Assembly: GCF_009914755.1 (NCBI RefSeq)
Contig: NC_060925.1
Length of the DNA: 64,000 nt
From: the human T2T-CHM13v2.0 reference genome, Homo sapiens
Direction: 5' to 3' (one strand)
Below are positions 42,445 to 64,000 of this stretch, piece after piece (positions within the stretch are counted from its first letter, which is position 1; the number at the start of each line of letters is the position of its first letter). Made by a program: the position numbers and the translations under genes. Under the pieces are notes generated by a model. The model was not told the origin of the DNA, ran no database searches, and was given only the letters and a program-made list of their open reading frames with translations.

Positions 42445-42949
42445 GTAAGTTGGTAGGACCTAAAATCCTAAGACCAAATAATTATGTAGTTGATCATAGG
42501 GAGTGTATCTAGATAATAGCTAACATTTATTTAATGCCTATTATACGTTAAAAATAATTACTATAAAAATCCTCTAAGATAGTACTAGTATTATACCTCT
42601 TTTATGGATGTGATTATATTTTCTAACTTTAGTTACTTATAATTAAAGTGTCAAGTGTTAACTGGATTATGTACTATGAGGCTGCTTTTACAAATGTGGT
42701 TTATGAGATCTGCATTGGTAATCTCAACACATTAGTCTTTGTATATAGGGTTTGTTCTAAATTTGTTAATATGGAGTAATAATTGCATACCAAAAAAGAT
42801 TAGAAGAAAATAATTTATAATTCACTATAAATTTGTATACATTTATATTAATAAAAAATACATTTATAAGTGCATATAAATATATACATTTATAAATTAT
42901 AATGCTACTATGTTAATACAATTATTATTTGAGTTCTTATTTGCACTAT

Positions 42950-44672
<1,723 letters not shown>

Positions 44673-44837
44673 TCTGAAGGAATTTTCTAATGAGGAAAAA
44701 AAATTTATAACTATTGTTATTCTTTTGGAGGTTAAAGTTTTACCTTAGTGGTATTATCCTTTACCATCTGGTAAAATTTATGCTTAGATTTTTGAGTTTT
44801 GAAGTGTTTTCATTTTATTTTATTTGGTCCATTTTAG

Positions 44838-45071
44838 GCATTGTGTGGCTGCTCAATTAATGTACCAACACTGGATGGAAGAAACATACCTATGTCAGTA
44901 AATGATATTGTGAAACCCGGAATGAGGAGAAGAATTATTGGATATGGGCTGCCATTTCCAAAAAATCCTGACCAACGTGGTGACCTTCTAATAGAATTTG
45001 AGGTGTCCTTCCCAGATACTATATCTTCTTCATCCAAAGAAGTACTTAGGAAACATCTTCCTGCCTCATAG
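44838..45071 (+). CDS. DNAJB4: DNAJB4 coding exon 3 (CTD-II/dimerisation region) to TAG stop
   Basis: Acceptor ccattttag|GCA; [15 protein letters not shown]...LRKHLPAS*; spliced total 337 aa. Confidence 0.98.
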
Positions 45072-46320
45072 AATGAAGAACTTTGTTACACATATTTTGA
45101 TAAGGCACTGAAAATATAAAAGGACTGGTAGTTTACTGATGTAGATGTGAATTCTGTATAAAGATGTGTAAATTCTTTTGAGGGTTCATTAAATTGCATG
45201 AATAGAGACGGGTCAAATAAATAGGCAAAAGGGATTTTTACAGTTAGAGATAAAAGAGAAAACCATTCACTGTATTTTATTTCATTTCTCCTGATTCAGA
45301 TATTTTTAGTAATTTGCTTATATGTAAAAGTTGTTTTTGTGGAGTCAGTGGATATATTTCTAATGAAGTGCTAGACTATCCAATTACTTAATTTCTTATA
45401 CCTTTAGATAATCAGTATGAAAAGTTCCCATTTATAATGGAAATGAAAATTCTTAACTAAACTATACATGTAATATGTATTTCTAGAAGAGAATAAAAAC
45501 CCAAGTCAGTTATTAGATTTAAATCACCTTCTGAAATGCTGCTATAGGGCTGGTATCTGTAAAAGAATATCCTGATGCATCTGTTTCACCATTTTGATTT
45601 TTAAAGTATGCTGTAGCATTTCTTAATAACATCGTTGTGATGTTCTTAAGGCAGATCTTTCTTCATAAAAAGGAAAGTAATGGCAATTTCTCTCCTGTGG
45701 AAATCCCAATTGCTTGAATTACTGATATTTTAGAATAGACTTTTTAAAATGCCATATGTAATTTTATGCAAGTTGACTATATATCTTGTACTTAATAAAT
45801 TATAGGCTCATTTTGTTCTCTGCTAGTTTAAAGTAATTCGTTTAATAATAGATGTGTTTTTAGAGGAAATGCTGTTACTTGGAATTAATTTTCCAGTTAT
45901 ACAGTCTTCTATAACTTACTAATAATATTCTATATGTACTTTATGTAATTTCCCTAAAAAGAATGAACTACCACTACACTATGGTGTTAAACCAAAATAT
46001 AGGGAAAATAAACACTAACTGCTGCTTATGGATAATGTTGCAACTACTTGTTATGCATATAAATATTTTACTTTTTCACATGTATAGATTGCATTTCTTA
46101 GGTGTTTTAATTTTTTAAATATATTTATGTTTTAAAAATTTAGTTTTGTTTTCTGTTTTATAACTATAGTGAGAATGATGTTTTGAAGCAAAATTTTTGG
46201 TTATAAAATAGTTTTCAGGATTATATATATATATACTGGATCCTATCGCCTTTTAGTAGAATATGAAATATTCTTTTAGAAATCCAATATAAATAGGTTA
46301 TAATAGCCATATTCTTTATT
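45072..46320 (+). other. DNAJB4: DNAJB4 AU-rich 3' UTR (3' end approximate)
   Basis: Repeat-free AU-rich sequence after the stop codon, containing several AATAAA hexamers. Confidence 0.7.
45216..46012 (+). terminator. Candidate poly(A) signals AATAAA at 45216, 45492, 45794, 46007
   Basis: Canonical hexamers with TGTA and U-rich context; which are used cannot be told from sequence. Confidence 0.5.
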
Positions 46321-46324
46321 ACTT

Positions 46325-46850
46325 TATTGAGATATAATTTACATGCCATAAAGTTTACCCTTAAAATATATAATTCAGTGGTTTTTAGTGATATTTACAA
46401 AGTGGTACAATCATCATCACTTTCTAATTCCAGAATATTTTCATCACCCCAAAAAGAAATCCTAAATCCATTAGCAGTTACTTCCCATTCTTCCCTTCCT
46501 CCAGCCCCTGAAAACACTACCATCTACTTTTCATCTGTATGGATTTGTCTGTTCTGGACATATCACATAAATAGACTCAAACAATATATGGCTTTTTTTT
46601 TTTTTTGGTCTGGCCTCTTTCATTTAGCTTAATGTTTTCAAGGTTCATCTATGTTGTATCACGTATCAGTACTTTATTTTTTGTGTGGCACGTCATATGG
46701 ATATACCACAATTTGTTTATCTTTTCATTAATTATGGGCATTTGGCTTATTTCTACTTTTTTGGCTATTATAAATAATGCTGCTGTGAACATTTGTGTGC
46801 AAGTTTTTGTGTTTCAATTCTCATGGGTATATACCTAAAAGTGGAATTTC
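46325..46850 (-). mobile_element. Old L1M(B-like) 3' end, antisense to DNAJB4
   Basis: ctttattgagatataatttacat..ttccagaatattttcatcaccccaaaaagaaa..aatgctgctgtgaacatttgtgt. Confidence 0.8.
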
Positions 46851-47561
46851 TGGGAGTAACCATATATTTGAGTTGCAAATGGAAAATGCTTGAAAAAAAA
46901 TGCCACAGAATTCAGCTAATCGTATTTATTACTCTAATTCATAAATGATTCCTCTATAACTGTCTCTCTGAATGACAGTTAAAACTCCCTACAGAAGTGT
47001 GAACATTACAGAAATTTTCTCACAAGTCTAAAGATCTAGATCTGAAAAGCATCAGTCAACGTGGTGAATGATAGTGGTTTCTGTTTTAAACCCATCATTA
47101 TTTATTGCAATTTTCTTGATTAAGCATTTTCTCCCAGGTAAAATAAATGATTTATAGATAGATATATAATAATCTTTGGATTAAAAAGTTTTTTTAAGCA
47201 GAGAATTATTATTCTAGTAGTAAATAAATTTACATAACTACACAAAACCAGTATACCAGTATCTCTCTTATCTTAAAGGATATTGACAATGCTTTAGCAT
47301 GTAGTAACTGCTCAGTTTTTATGTGTTGAATGTTGAATTAAAAGTAGTAATGAGTAGAGTTTTAAAGTTTTTTAATTTATTTTTTCAAATTATGAGAGTA
47401 CTTTTTATTTTAAAATGTTTTCTTTAAATTCAACCAGGTTCTTGGATAGCCGGAATAGTTTTGAAGTACTATAGATCCCATAAAGAAGATGTTTATCTTC
47501 CCTAAAAGAAAAACCACAAATTGCTTATGTTAAAAAAAAAAAAAAAAGAAGAAGATGACGA

Positions 47562-54367
<6,806 letters not shown>

Positions 54368-55389
54368 TCAAAATAAAAACCCTGCCTGCTTTTGATTTTA
54401 GTTTATGAAATACTAACTTCATGAGAGCATAGAGTGCAAACACATAGTTCATAATCAACATTTTCAAATACGTGGCCCAATATTTTTGTATAGTAATTGA
54501 TAATTTTGTGAAGTAGTTATTTGTTATTACTACTTCATGTGGCAGATGAGGAAACAGAGATTCAGGCATTCTTAAGTCCTCTATCCCAGATCACACAGAT
54601 AGAGATGCAACTGAGATTCACGCCCAGATTGTGATTTTCGACCTGCTATTTCTACTGTTCATGGCTACATGGTTGTGAAGATGGTAGTTGTCTTCATTTG
54701 TTCTGCCTGAAAAACCTGAACCAATCCTTCCATATCCACTGAATTATTTAGGATAATAATTTTAGGAGATTGACAGAAGCCACCAATTTCTTTCAATGAA
54801 TAGTGACAAATTCATTATGATGCCTTGCTGTTGTCAGTGTCAGAATTTTTTTTTGCATAGGGCACCAGGCTATGCTGGGGTCACAGATAAGAATGATCTT
54901 TATAAAGGCCTTCATAAACTTGAGAATTGAGGACATAATACATAAAATGCATGACAGTGGAAATGTACCATATGCCCTCCTCCTATGAGAAATGTGTTTT
55001 CTACCACTAGTAGTTGTTTCTGCCTAGGTATCATTTAGGGGCAGAACCAAGAATATGAGGTTATTTTTTCCTTTTGTCTAAATTGTATTAGTTTTATGAT
55101 ACCCAAATACACCTCTTTTCTCCTGCTTTGCACAAATTAAGGAAAGATGGGGAAATTTATTATTTTACATTAATTTGATAGACATAAAATAAAAATTCAT
55201 TTCTCCTCTGTGCCAAGATCTGTGTTAGATGTAATGGTGAATTTAACCAACCTGTTCCTTACCCTCATAGAACTTATTATTATTTTTTATATTTTTGAGA
55301 TGGAGTTTCATTCTGCCCCCATGCTGGAGTACAATGGCATGATCTCGGCTCACTGCAACCTCCGCCTCCTTTCAATACAGTATGTTTTA

Positions 55390-55960
55390 AAATTTTTTTC
55401 TTTTGAGATTCAGGGGATACATGTGTGGGTTTGTTACATGGATATTTTGCATGATGGTGAAGTTTGGGCTTCTAGTGTACCCATCACCCAAAGAGTGAAC
55501 ATTGTACCCAATAGGTAATTTTTCAACTCTTACCCCATTCCCACCTTTCCTCCATTTGGAGTCCCCAGTGTCTATTATCTGTAGGTCCACATGTACCCAT
55601 TATTTAGCTCTCAAGTATTTTATTTTCTGTTTCTGAATTATTTCACTTCAAATAATGGCTTTCAGCTCCATCCATGTGGCTGTAAAGGACATGATTTCAT
55701 TCTTTTTATGGCTGTATAGTATTCTATGATGTGTATATACCACATTTTCGTTGTCCAGTCAACCATTGATGGACACACTTAGGTTGATTCCATGACTTTG
55801 CTATTGTGAATAGTACTGTGATAAACAAACAAGCACCAGTGTCTTTTTTAATATAATAATTTATTTTCCTTTGGGTAGATACCCAGTAGTGGGATTGCTA
55901 GGTTTAATGGTAGTTCTATTTTTAGCTCATCGAGAAATCTTCACACTGTTTTTCATAAAC
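55390..55960 (-). mobile_element. L1MA/PB-type 3' fragment
   Basis: gattcaggggatacatgtgtgggtttgttacatgg..gggtagatacccagtagtgggattgct. Confidence 0.85.
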
Positions 55961-57510
55961 GTATCAACATTTATCAGTTATCAAATCACCTTTAGTTAGT
56001 TGTTAAACAAGTATTTACTGAGCACACTGAGGCTATAACATTGTAGGTGCTAAAGATACAGTCCTACCCTTAAAGACCTTACATTCTAATCATAGAAGAT
56101 AAACACTAAGAAACATTACTTGCATTAAAAAACAAGTAAGTCATTTTTTTGAATAATGATAAGCATTAAGAAAAGAATGATAACGGCATAGAAACTGACT
56201 GGAGGGGGAAGAAGTGTGTTACTTTTTAGCTAGAGTCATCAAAGACAGCCTCTCTGGGGAGAGAGACATTTGCATTCAGCCCTTAATGATTCAAAGCGGG
56301 CAGCTGTTGGAAGAAGATTTAAGGAAAAAGGAACAGCAATGACAAAAGTCCTGAGATGGGAACCTTTATTGAAAAGCAGAAAAATATATAATTTACTTCC
56401 TAATTTTCAAATCCTGTTGATGTTATGTTTCCTAATACATATCAAAGAGGCAGAAGTAGATGTCAGATAAAGAAAATGGGACTAGAAAATGTCTTTTTTT
56501 TTTTTTTTTTTTTTTTGAGATAGAGTCTCACTCTGTCACCCAGGCTGGAGTGCAGTGGTGTGATCTCAACTCACTGAAACCTCCACCTCCGGGTTCAAGA
56601 TATTCTCATGCGCCATCATGCTGGCTAATTTTTTGTATTTTTAGTAGATACGGGGTTTCACCAGGTTGCCCAGGCTGGTCTTTTAATCTTACCCCATTCC
56701 CACCTCTCCTCCATTTGGAGTCCCCAGTGTCTATTATTTCCATCTGTAGGTCCACATGTAACCATTATTTAGCTCTCAAGTATTTTTATTTTCCGTTTCT
56801 GAATTATTTCACTTCGAATAATGGCTTTCAGCTCCATCCATGTGGCTGTAAAGGACATGATTTCATTCTTTTTATGGCTGTATAGTATTCCATGATACTT
56901 GGCCTCCCAAACTGCTGGGATTACAGGTGTGAGCCATTGCAGCTAGCCAAAGATATGACTAGAAAATGTCAAGTGTTGGCGCCTGATCCTGGCTCTTGCT
57001 GTCTATAGAGGCCATTTCTTTTCAGGCTTGTGTTTCCTATTTGTAAATGGAGAATACTTATCATATGTACCTCTTAATAGAATACAGTTCTCTATAAACA
57101 ATACTAGGTATGGATGAGATAATGTTGAAAGAGAAGTTTACTCAGACATTTTAAATTATGTTACATTAAAATGTTATCTTTGTTCAAATTTTTTTAAATG
57201 AAGATTTTAAAAGACATATGATTCTATATTTCTCAGGCTGCTGATTCATATATTGATAGTCTCCCTCATACTCTTAAATTTTGAAATGCTTTACCTCTTG
57301 AAAATGAAAATAAAAATTAAATTACAGATAAGATTCATAATAAAAATTTTAAAGATCATGGGTATACTACATTAAAAATTTATTTCATAGCATTGGTTCT
57401 AAACTTTTTACCCCAAATAGGCCTTTTATTACATTCTTACCCCCACCCATATTAAATTAAACTTTTTTTTGTGATGAACAGACTGTATTTATTAATAATT
57501 ATTATATTTA

Positions 57511-57678
<168 letters not shown>

Positions 57679-58800
57679 TTATCCGGGCATGGTGGCACAT
57701 GGCTGTGGTCCCAGCGACTTCAGAGGCTGAGACAGGAGGATCACTTGAGCCCTAGGATTTGAGGATGCAGTGACCTATGATCATGCCACTATACTCCAAC
57801 CTGGGTGACAGAGTGAGGCCCTGCCTCTGAGAAAAACAGAACTATTATTTTAATATATCCAACATAATATGACATCTAGTCAACTACTGATAAACAGGAA
57901 GTGAACAGCTAGAAACAAAAAATGTGATTTTATCTTTTTGTACAGACAAGGTCCTTGCTATGTCACCCAGGCTGATCTTGAATTCCTGGCCTCAAGCAAT
58001 CCTCCTGCCTCAGCTTCTCAAAGCGCTGGCATTACAGTCATAAGCTATAGCACCTGGCTAAGAATGCTATTTAAAAAAATTCACTCTATAACCTGTTAGG
58101 TGTGTGATTCCCATTAGGTGATTTCCAATACTGAAAGTAGCATCACTTATCTATATTACCTACCTCCTTTGTAGTCTCCTTGGGATGTGGAGACATCAGA
58201 TTAGGAGCTACTAGCCTTGACTTTAATTATAATTTTGGTGACGGCCGTTAGAAGGAGATGACATTAGATGAGGTCTCTCCTTCTGTAGACGAAACTGCCT
58301 TTAGAGATCATACCAGAGTTCACCCTGGAAAATAGACTAGAGTAAAATTTAATTTGTTAGTGTGTATTTTTTAAAAATCATGGACTAGAAGTTTGTGTTG
58401 TTAAGAAATTTGGAAGTGTCGGCAAGTATCCTAACAAAAATAAAAAAATAATAATGTTAGGGTAGAAAAAAAAACTTGATGTTCTTTTTAATGTTAAGAA
58501 ATCACAGTAAATGATGCATGGTATTAAAGTTAGGTAGTTGACTATTTTACAATGCTTTGTTTAAAAAAGCTTGTTACAAAGCTTGTTTACAATAAATTTT
58601 TAAATATCCATCCACTTTATAACATAGTATAAAATTTAATAACCACAAACATTTAATAAATAAGTAAAACTACTCTGAAATTCAACAGAAATAAAAACTC
58701 TTTAGGCTATTTTCTAGAACTATGTAATATAGAGAGCATTCTTGGGTGTGTGTGGGGGTTGTTTTTGTTGTTACTCTTTGCCAGTAAGAATACATTTTAC

Positions 58801-58912
58801 GGGCAACCCGCTCGGGGCCCCTTCCACACCGTGGAAGCTTTGTTCTTTTGCTCTTCACAATAAATCTTGCTACTGCTCACTCTTTGGGTCTGCACTATCT
58901 TTAAAAAAAAAA
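58801..58912 (+). mobile_element. LTR12 (ERV9) R-region fragment retroposed with poly(A) tail and 15-bp TSD
   Basis: GGCAACCCGCTCGGG..GTGGAAGCTTTGTTCTTT..CAATAAATCTTGCT..CTCACTCTTTGGGTC then A12; TSD AAGAATACATTTTAC 58786-58800 and 58913-58927. Confidence 0.85.
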
Positions 58913-61124
58913 AAGAATACATTTTACAGTGTCATCTACTAGTTTACATTGTGTGTGAATGTATGTGTATATTAGTTTAAGCCATATGAAATCACAGATA
59001 CTCAACTTTTTTGATCTATAAAAGTGGCAATATGAAATTACCTATCTTTTACCTATGAAAATAATAATTTCATTTACATATATGTATATAAAATGGAAGT
59101 TTAATAAACCATTACTTACCATTCCTAGATAGAATAACTCTGATGTTTTAAAATTATACTCTAGTTTATTAATTTTTTTCTAATTGCATCCCACGGCATT
59201 TATTTCATGATCTACATTTGTGAAACAGCTCCACAGTTTGAAAAACACTCCTAGAATTCTCATAAGGATATAAATGTAGTAATTGTTAAATTTTAAAACT
59301 TAAATGTCAATTTGTTTAAATTCATTTAAAAACTACTGACTGGAAAATTTTTACTCATTATTTGATTGTTGGAACAGCAGTAGATATAGCTATATAGCTA
59401 TTTTTGGGTCATAAGACAAATTCTAATAAACGACCATTATTTTGATTAGTTTATAGATGAGTTTATTTCCCCCTTCAACTTAAGATAATTATAGATAGGA
59501 AAAGTAAATTTCTGTTGAATTTGCCCTATTAAATTCTCATGTCAGTGGTGACAATAACATTCAGATTTCCTTCAAATTCTGTCTATATAGTATTTTAGCA
59601 AACCTATGCTAGTAACATTAGAAAAAAAATAAATTTACTAACCAAAGACTTTATGAAGGTCATACATGAAGAAATGGGTGTTTTAGTAAGAAACAGAAAT
59701 TTCTTAAGCTTCTCATTAGATTTCTTTAGATTTTAGTTCAAAATAGATTTGAGTGAGTTTATTTCTGATGCGTTGCTTTACCCTGATTACAGAAAAGAGA
59801 ACTTCTAAATAAATCACATTTAAAAATTTTTAAAAATTTACTGGGGCTGGGTGCGGTGGTTCATGCCTGTAATCCCAGCACTTTGGGAGGGTGAGGTGGG
59901 AGGATTGCTTGAGCCCAGGAGTTCAAGACCAGTCTGGGCAATTTGATGAAACCCCATCTCTTCAAAACACAAAAATTGGTTGGGTGTGGTGGTGCGCACC
60001 TGAGGTCCCAGCTACTGGGAGGCTGAGGTGGGAGGATTACTTGAGCCCTGGAGGTTGAGGTTGCAGCCAGCCATAACCACAGCACTGCACTCCAGCCTCG
60101 GTGACAGAGTGAGACTCTGTCTCAAAATGAAAAAGAAAAATAAAAAAGAAAAAAATTTACTTTAAATTTTAAAATAAGCTTAAAATTTACTTTAAAAAAT
60201 TTCTACTCAGTTTGCCAGCATCACAACCATTCCTCTAAGGATTATATATGAGAAAACAAAACACCATTAAAAGTATCTGACTAGGCTGGATGTGGTGGCT
60301 CACACCTGTAATCCCAGCACTTTGGGAGACTGAGGCGGGCAGATCACCTGAGGTCATGAGTTCGAGACCAGCCTGGCCAACATATAGTGAAACCCCGTCT
60401 CTACTAAAAAAATACAAAAATTAGCTGGGCGTGGTGGTGCATGCCTATAGTCCTAGCTACTTGGGAAGCCGAGGCAAGAGAATTGCTTGAACCTGGGAGG
60501 CGGAGGTTTTAGTGAGCTGAGATCATGTCTCTGCACTCCAGCCTGAGAGACAGAGCAAGACTCTGTCTCTCAAAAAAAAAAGTATCTGACTAAATTTTAT
60601 TTTCATATTGTTTCTTAATTGTATGGTTATCATCAGTGACCACAAATATAATGTAGAGGAGAGTTATTCAATGGTTTTCATTTCTAAGCATTCAGTGTAA
60701 TCTTAATGTTTTAGGAGACTGTACATAGTATCTATGTGTAGCCTGTTAGAATCCATAGACCTTTAGGTAAGTATCCTCTTTATTATTGCTATTTCAGTAC
60801 AAAGTGTGCTTCTGGGATAGAAATAAATGGGCCACTTAAATACATCTCTGAGGCAACAGCCAAGAATTGTCTAATAATTGTTTTTATAAGTAAGTTAGAA
60901 ATTAGAAAATTAATTTGCATTAAGTGGTGTATGTGCATACATGTTTATTTTTCAAAGCCATCAAAATATATTTTCTTTTCTTTTTTTTAAATATATTTTT
61001 AGGGGCTGGGCACAGTGGCTCATGCCTGTAATTCCAGCACTTTGGGAGGCCAAGGCAGGCACATCACCTGAGGTCGGGAGTTCGAGATCAGCCTGATCAA
61101 CATGGATAAACCCTGTCTCTACTA

Positions 61125-61265
<141 letters not shown>

Positions 61266-61292
61266 TTAGAGCAAAACTCTGTCTCAAAAAAA

Positions 61293-61312
61293 AATATATA
61301 CATATACGTATA

Positions 61313-61375
<63 letters not shown>

Positions 61376-61396
61376 GTATATATATACATATATATG

Positions 61397-61486
<90 letters not shown>
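61293..61486 (+). repeat. Compound (TG)n(TA)n(GA)n microsatellite
   Basis: Direct read; lies between tail-to-tail Alus. Confidence 0.95.
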
Positions 61487-61491
<5 letters not shown>

Positions 61492-62559
61492 TCTCACTAT
61501 ATTGCCCGGGCTGCTCTCAAACTCCTGGCCTCAAGCAATCCTCCTGCCTTGGGCCTACCAAAGTTCTCAGATTACAGGCGTGAGCCACCACACCTGGCCA
61601 TGAAAATGTATTTTAAGAAAAACTAAAAGCTTCTTTTTAGAAGAAAAATAACAGAGTATTAGTTGACTGAATATATTTGGAAGATATTAGACCTATTAGG
61701 TAAATTGTTATACATATTAAGCACCTCAATGTATGTGGTTATTATAAAGAAGTATGTTTCTTTTTCTTATTTCTTACAGAACACGGAAGGAAGTCATAGT
61801 TGTTTCATTTATTACATGTATTACCTCTTTTAAAGAAATAAGCACCTATAATAGTGTTTGGCTCAATAATAAACATTAGCTATTATTAGTCACAGCATCT
61901 CTTCATTTGAAAGTGGACTTAGATTTCTGGTTTCAGAATTCAGTTGCCAGAATTTATTCATTCAATATTAATTAAAAATTTAAGAACAAACCATATGCTA
62001 AGTATGTTTCATGAGAATTTGAGGGTTTCTGGTTTCTGGCCAAGATAGGAAAGCAGCGGGAGTGGCAAGCTCCCTGTTGCATAATCAGCCCTGTAGAAAC
62101 TATAGAGCTAGATGGAAGCTAGGAATCCTTGTAGAGATTTAAGGCTGTTTTGAACCATTTTGAGTGTTAGGGTAGGCTGGTGAGAGGGTTAGTCAGAGGA
62201 AAGCTTTTTAAGTCTGCCCTTGACTTTTTCCAGAATTACCTTGTAACAGATATTGCCTGCAGCTTCACTGCCAAAATTGGAGACAAAAGCTCAGGGTGTG
62301 CATGCTGATACTGCAGAGTATTATCAGGGCAGTGCAAAAGCCTTGGTAGCAAGAAGTGTTGATGGAAACAAATGTAGACTGACTTGTAGTCCTTGGATAT
62401 TCATTTCTCCTCCTCTTTCCTGTCCAAAACCCTTGGGCTGGTGTATTCCTCTCCCAAGGAGGCTTCTCACTAAGGATTTAAAGTAAAAACTCTGACACAG
62501 GAGTTGCCTAATGTATAAGCAGCAAACCAGAATGATCAGTAGTATTTACGTGGTGCCTG

Positions 62560-63135
62560 GGGTTCTGTGGCTTTGGGCTCATCTCCCACGCCCTTCAACT
62601 CACTGATTCGGCCAGGGTCCTTGTTGCAGCCCCTTCCTCAATTTACCTTATCAGCTAGAGGATCAAGGGGAAGTGGCCAAGGTAAATAGATATCAGACCA
62701 TTTTTCTTTCATTCAAAGTGGACAAGTGAACGGCCATAAGTTCTACAGCCTAGGGGGAATTTCCTGTTACCATGCCTTTCAGGGCCACCCATGAGTGTAG
62801 TAGCTGTCTACTTCTGGCTGTTCCAGTGTAATGTGCAGAGCAGGCCTGAACTTTTTCTCTTTTATTAACTAGTCATTACGTAGGTCCAGTCTTGCATATA
62901 TCATTCATATTAAATAATGGAATGCATGTCTCAACTTGAAGATTTCGTTGAGGAGTAGCTCCAGTCACATCATCACTTGGCAGTCTATCATAAAGTTGTC
63001 AGTCTCTCCCAGAACTCACCAGCAAGTCAGGAGCTGCTTTTCAATGGGAAAAAGCCTGTTGGCAGCAGAGGACATGGCTTACTCCAAAACCCTAGGACTC
63101 TGCACCCGGATTCTCCTATTGGGATTTGTTAGAAG
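62560..63135 (-). mobile_element. ERVL/MLT-int internal relic with degenerate pol (RNase H region) coding remnant
   Basis: Minus strand translates, with stops and frameshifts, to QIPIGES..LGFWSK..FPIEKQLLTCW*VLGET..CQVMM*LEL and ELMAVHL, resembling ERVL pol. Confidence 0.65.
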
Positions 63136-63393
63136 CTCCATATAGCTATATCTGCCACAACACTTCAGATACTCTTGAGTGAATTTTGAATGAGCAGGGA
63201 ACTCTCAGGCTGCCATGTTGGGAAAGTGCTTTCTAGGAGTTCCATGAGCAAAGGGCACAGTGGTGTTTAGGAACTTCTAGCACTGTAACAGAGCTAAAGT
63301 ATATCATTTAATTTGGGAGAGAGGTAGAGAAATATGTGGGGAACCAGTGCTGAATGTATGCTATCCTAGGTATTTATATTTTATCCTGTAAGC

Positions 63394-63546
63394 CAGTAGT
63401 TTCCAAACTGTAGGGTGCATCAGAGTGCTGGGAGACTTGGTAAAACATGGATTGTGGGTTTGGGGTGGGATCAGAGATTTTGTATTTACAAAAGTTCCTG
63501 GGTGATGCTGATAGTGCTGATTTGGGAACTACACTTTGAGCACTAC
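63394..63546. mobile_element. MER5A-like element
   Basis: cagtagtttccaaact..tgcatcaga..ctgggtgatgctgat..acactttgag. Confidence 0.7.
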
Positions 63547-64000
63547 AGAAAACAAGTAGTTTTAAACAGGAGACTAACACAATCAGATTTAAGTTAACCA
63601 AGATCACTCACAGGTAGATGTATGGCAGATTGATAGGAAAGATACAGCACAGGAGAAATAAGGCTAGTTGGAAAACAATCAAAATGATTGTGTTAAGAAA
63701 GTAAAGGGCTTGCGTTAAAGTTAGCAATAGAATTGAGAAATAGGGAAAAAACCTCATTTCAATGAGTATTTAGCACTTAGTAAATGCCAGGTACTCCACT
63801 TTGAATTTTGATGTCTCTCTGGATTTTTTCAAAGCATCTGAAATCTTGGCAGAGAAGGAAGTACTATAATGGCAGAGAACGAAGTGCTATAATGGCCGAG
63901 AATGGGATAAACTTTCTTTGGGGGAACATAAATGTGATTTAATCCCTAGAAAGAAAATGTTTGTAACAAACTTAGAACCAGGTATCAGCAAAACTAAATC

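Noticed and set aside
59386-59401. 16-bp palindrome ATAGCTATATAGCTAT and other short duplications (~6390, ~13940, ~58570, ~63860)
   Set aside because: Short and low-complexity; expected from slippage

Overview
Human genomic DNA, indicated by an AluYa5 and an LTR5_Hs, both essentially human-specific families. It is recognisable as the FUBP1-DNAJB4 locus. FUBP1 coding exon 1 lies on the minus strand (7680-7799) in a CpG island, with its intron 1 running off the left edge. The complete 3-exon DNAJB4/HLJ1 CDS lies on the plus strand (33934-34144, 41876-42444, 44838-45071; 337 aa) with a CpG-poor promoter carrying stress-element motifs. The rest is AT-rich non-coding DNA with about 50 Alus, a solo HERV-K LTR, and L1/L2/MIR/MER/Tigger relics. 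I see no new protein-coding gene, CRISPR array or prokaryote-type system, and nearly all ORFs in the track are repeat artefacts. The most unusual signals are: (1) a ~110-nt ERV9/LTR12 R-region-only insert with poly(A) and a 15-bp TSD, i.e. an L1-mobilised short LTR RNA; (2) a 30-nt mitochondrial ND1 fragment captured inside an Alu; (3) two local templated copies about 1.2 kb from their donors, plus several fold-back palindromes; (4) splice architecture letting both genes use overlapping upstream exons; (5) two routes to J-domain-only DNAJB4 isoforms. Repeat family names come from my memory of consensus sequences, and repeat boundaries are approximate unless a TSD is quoted.
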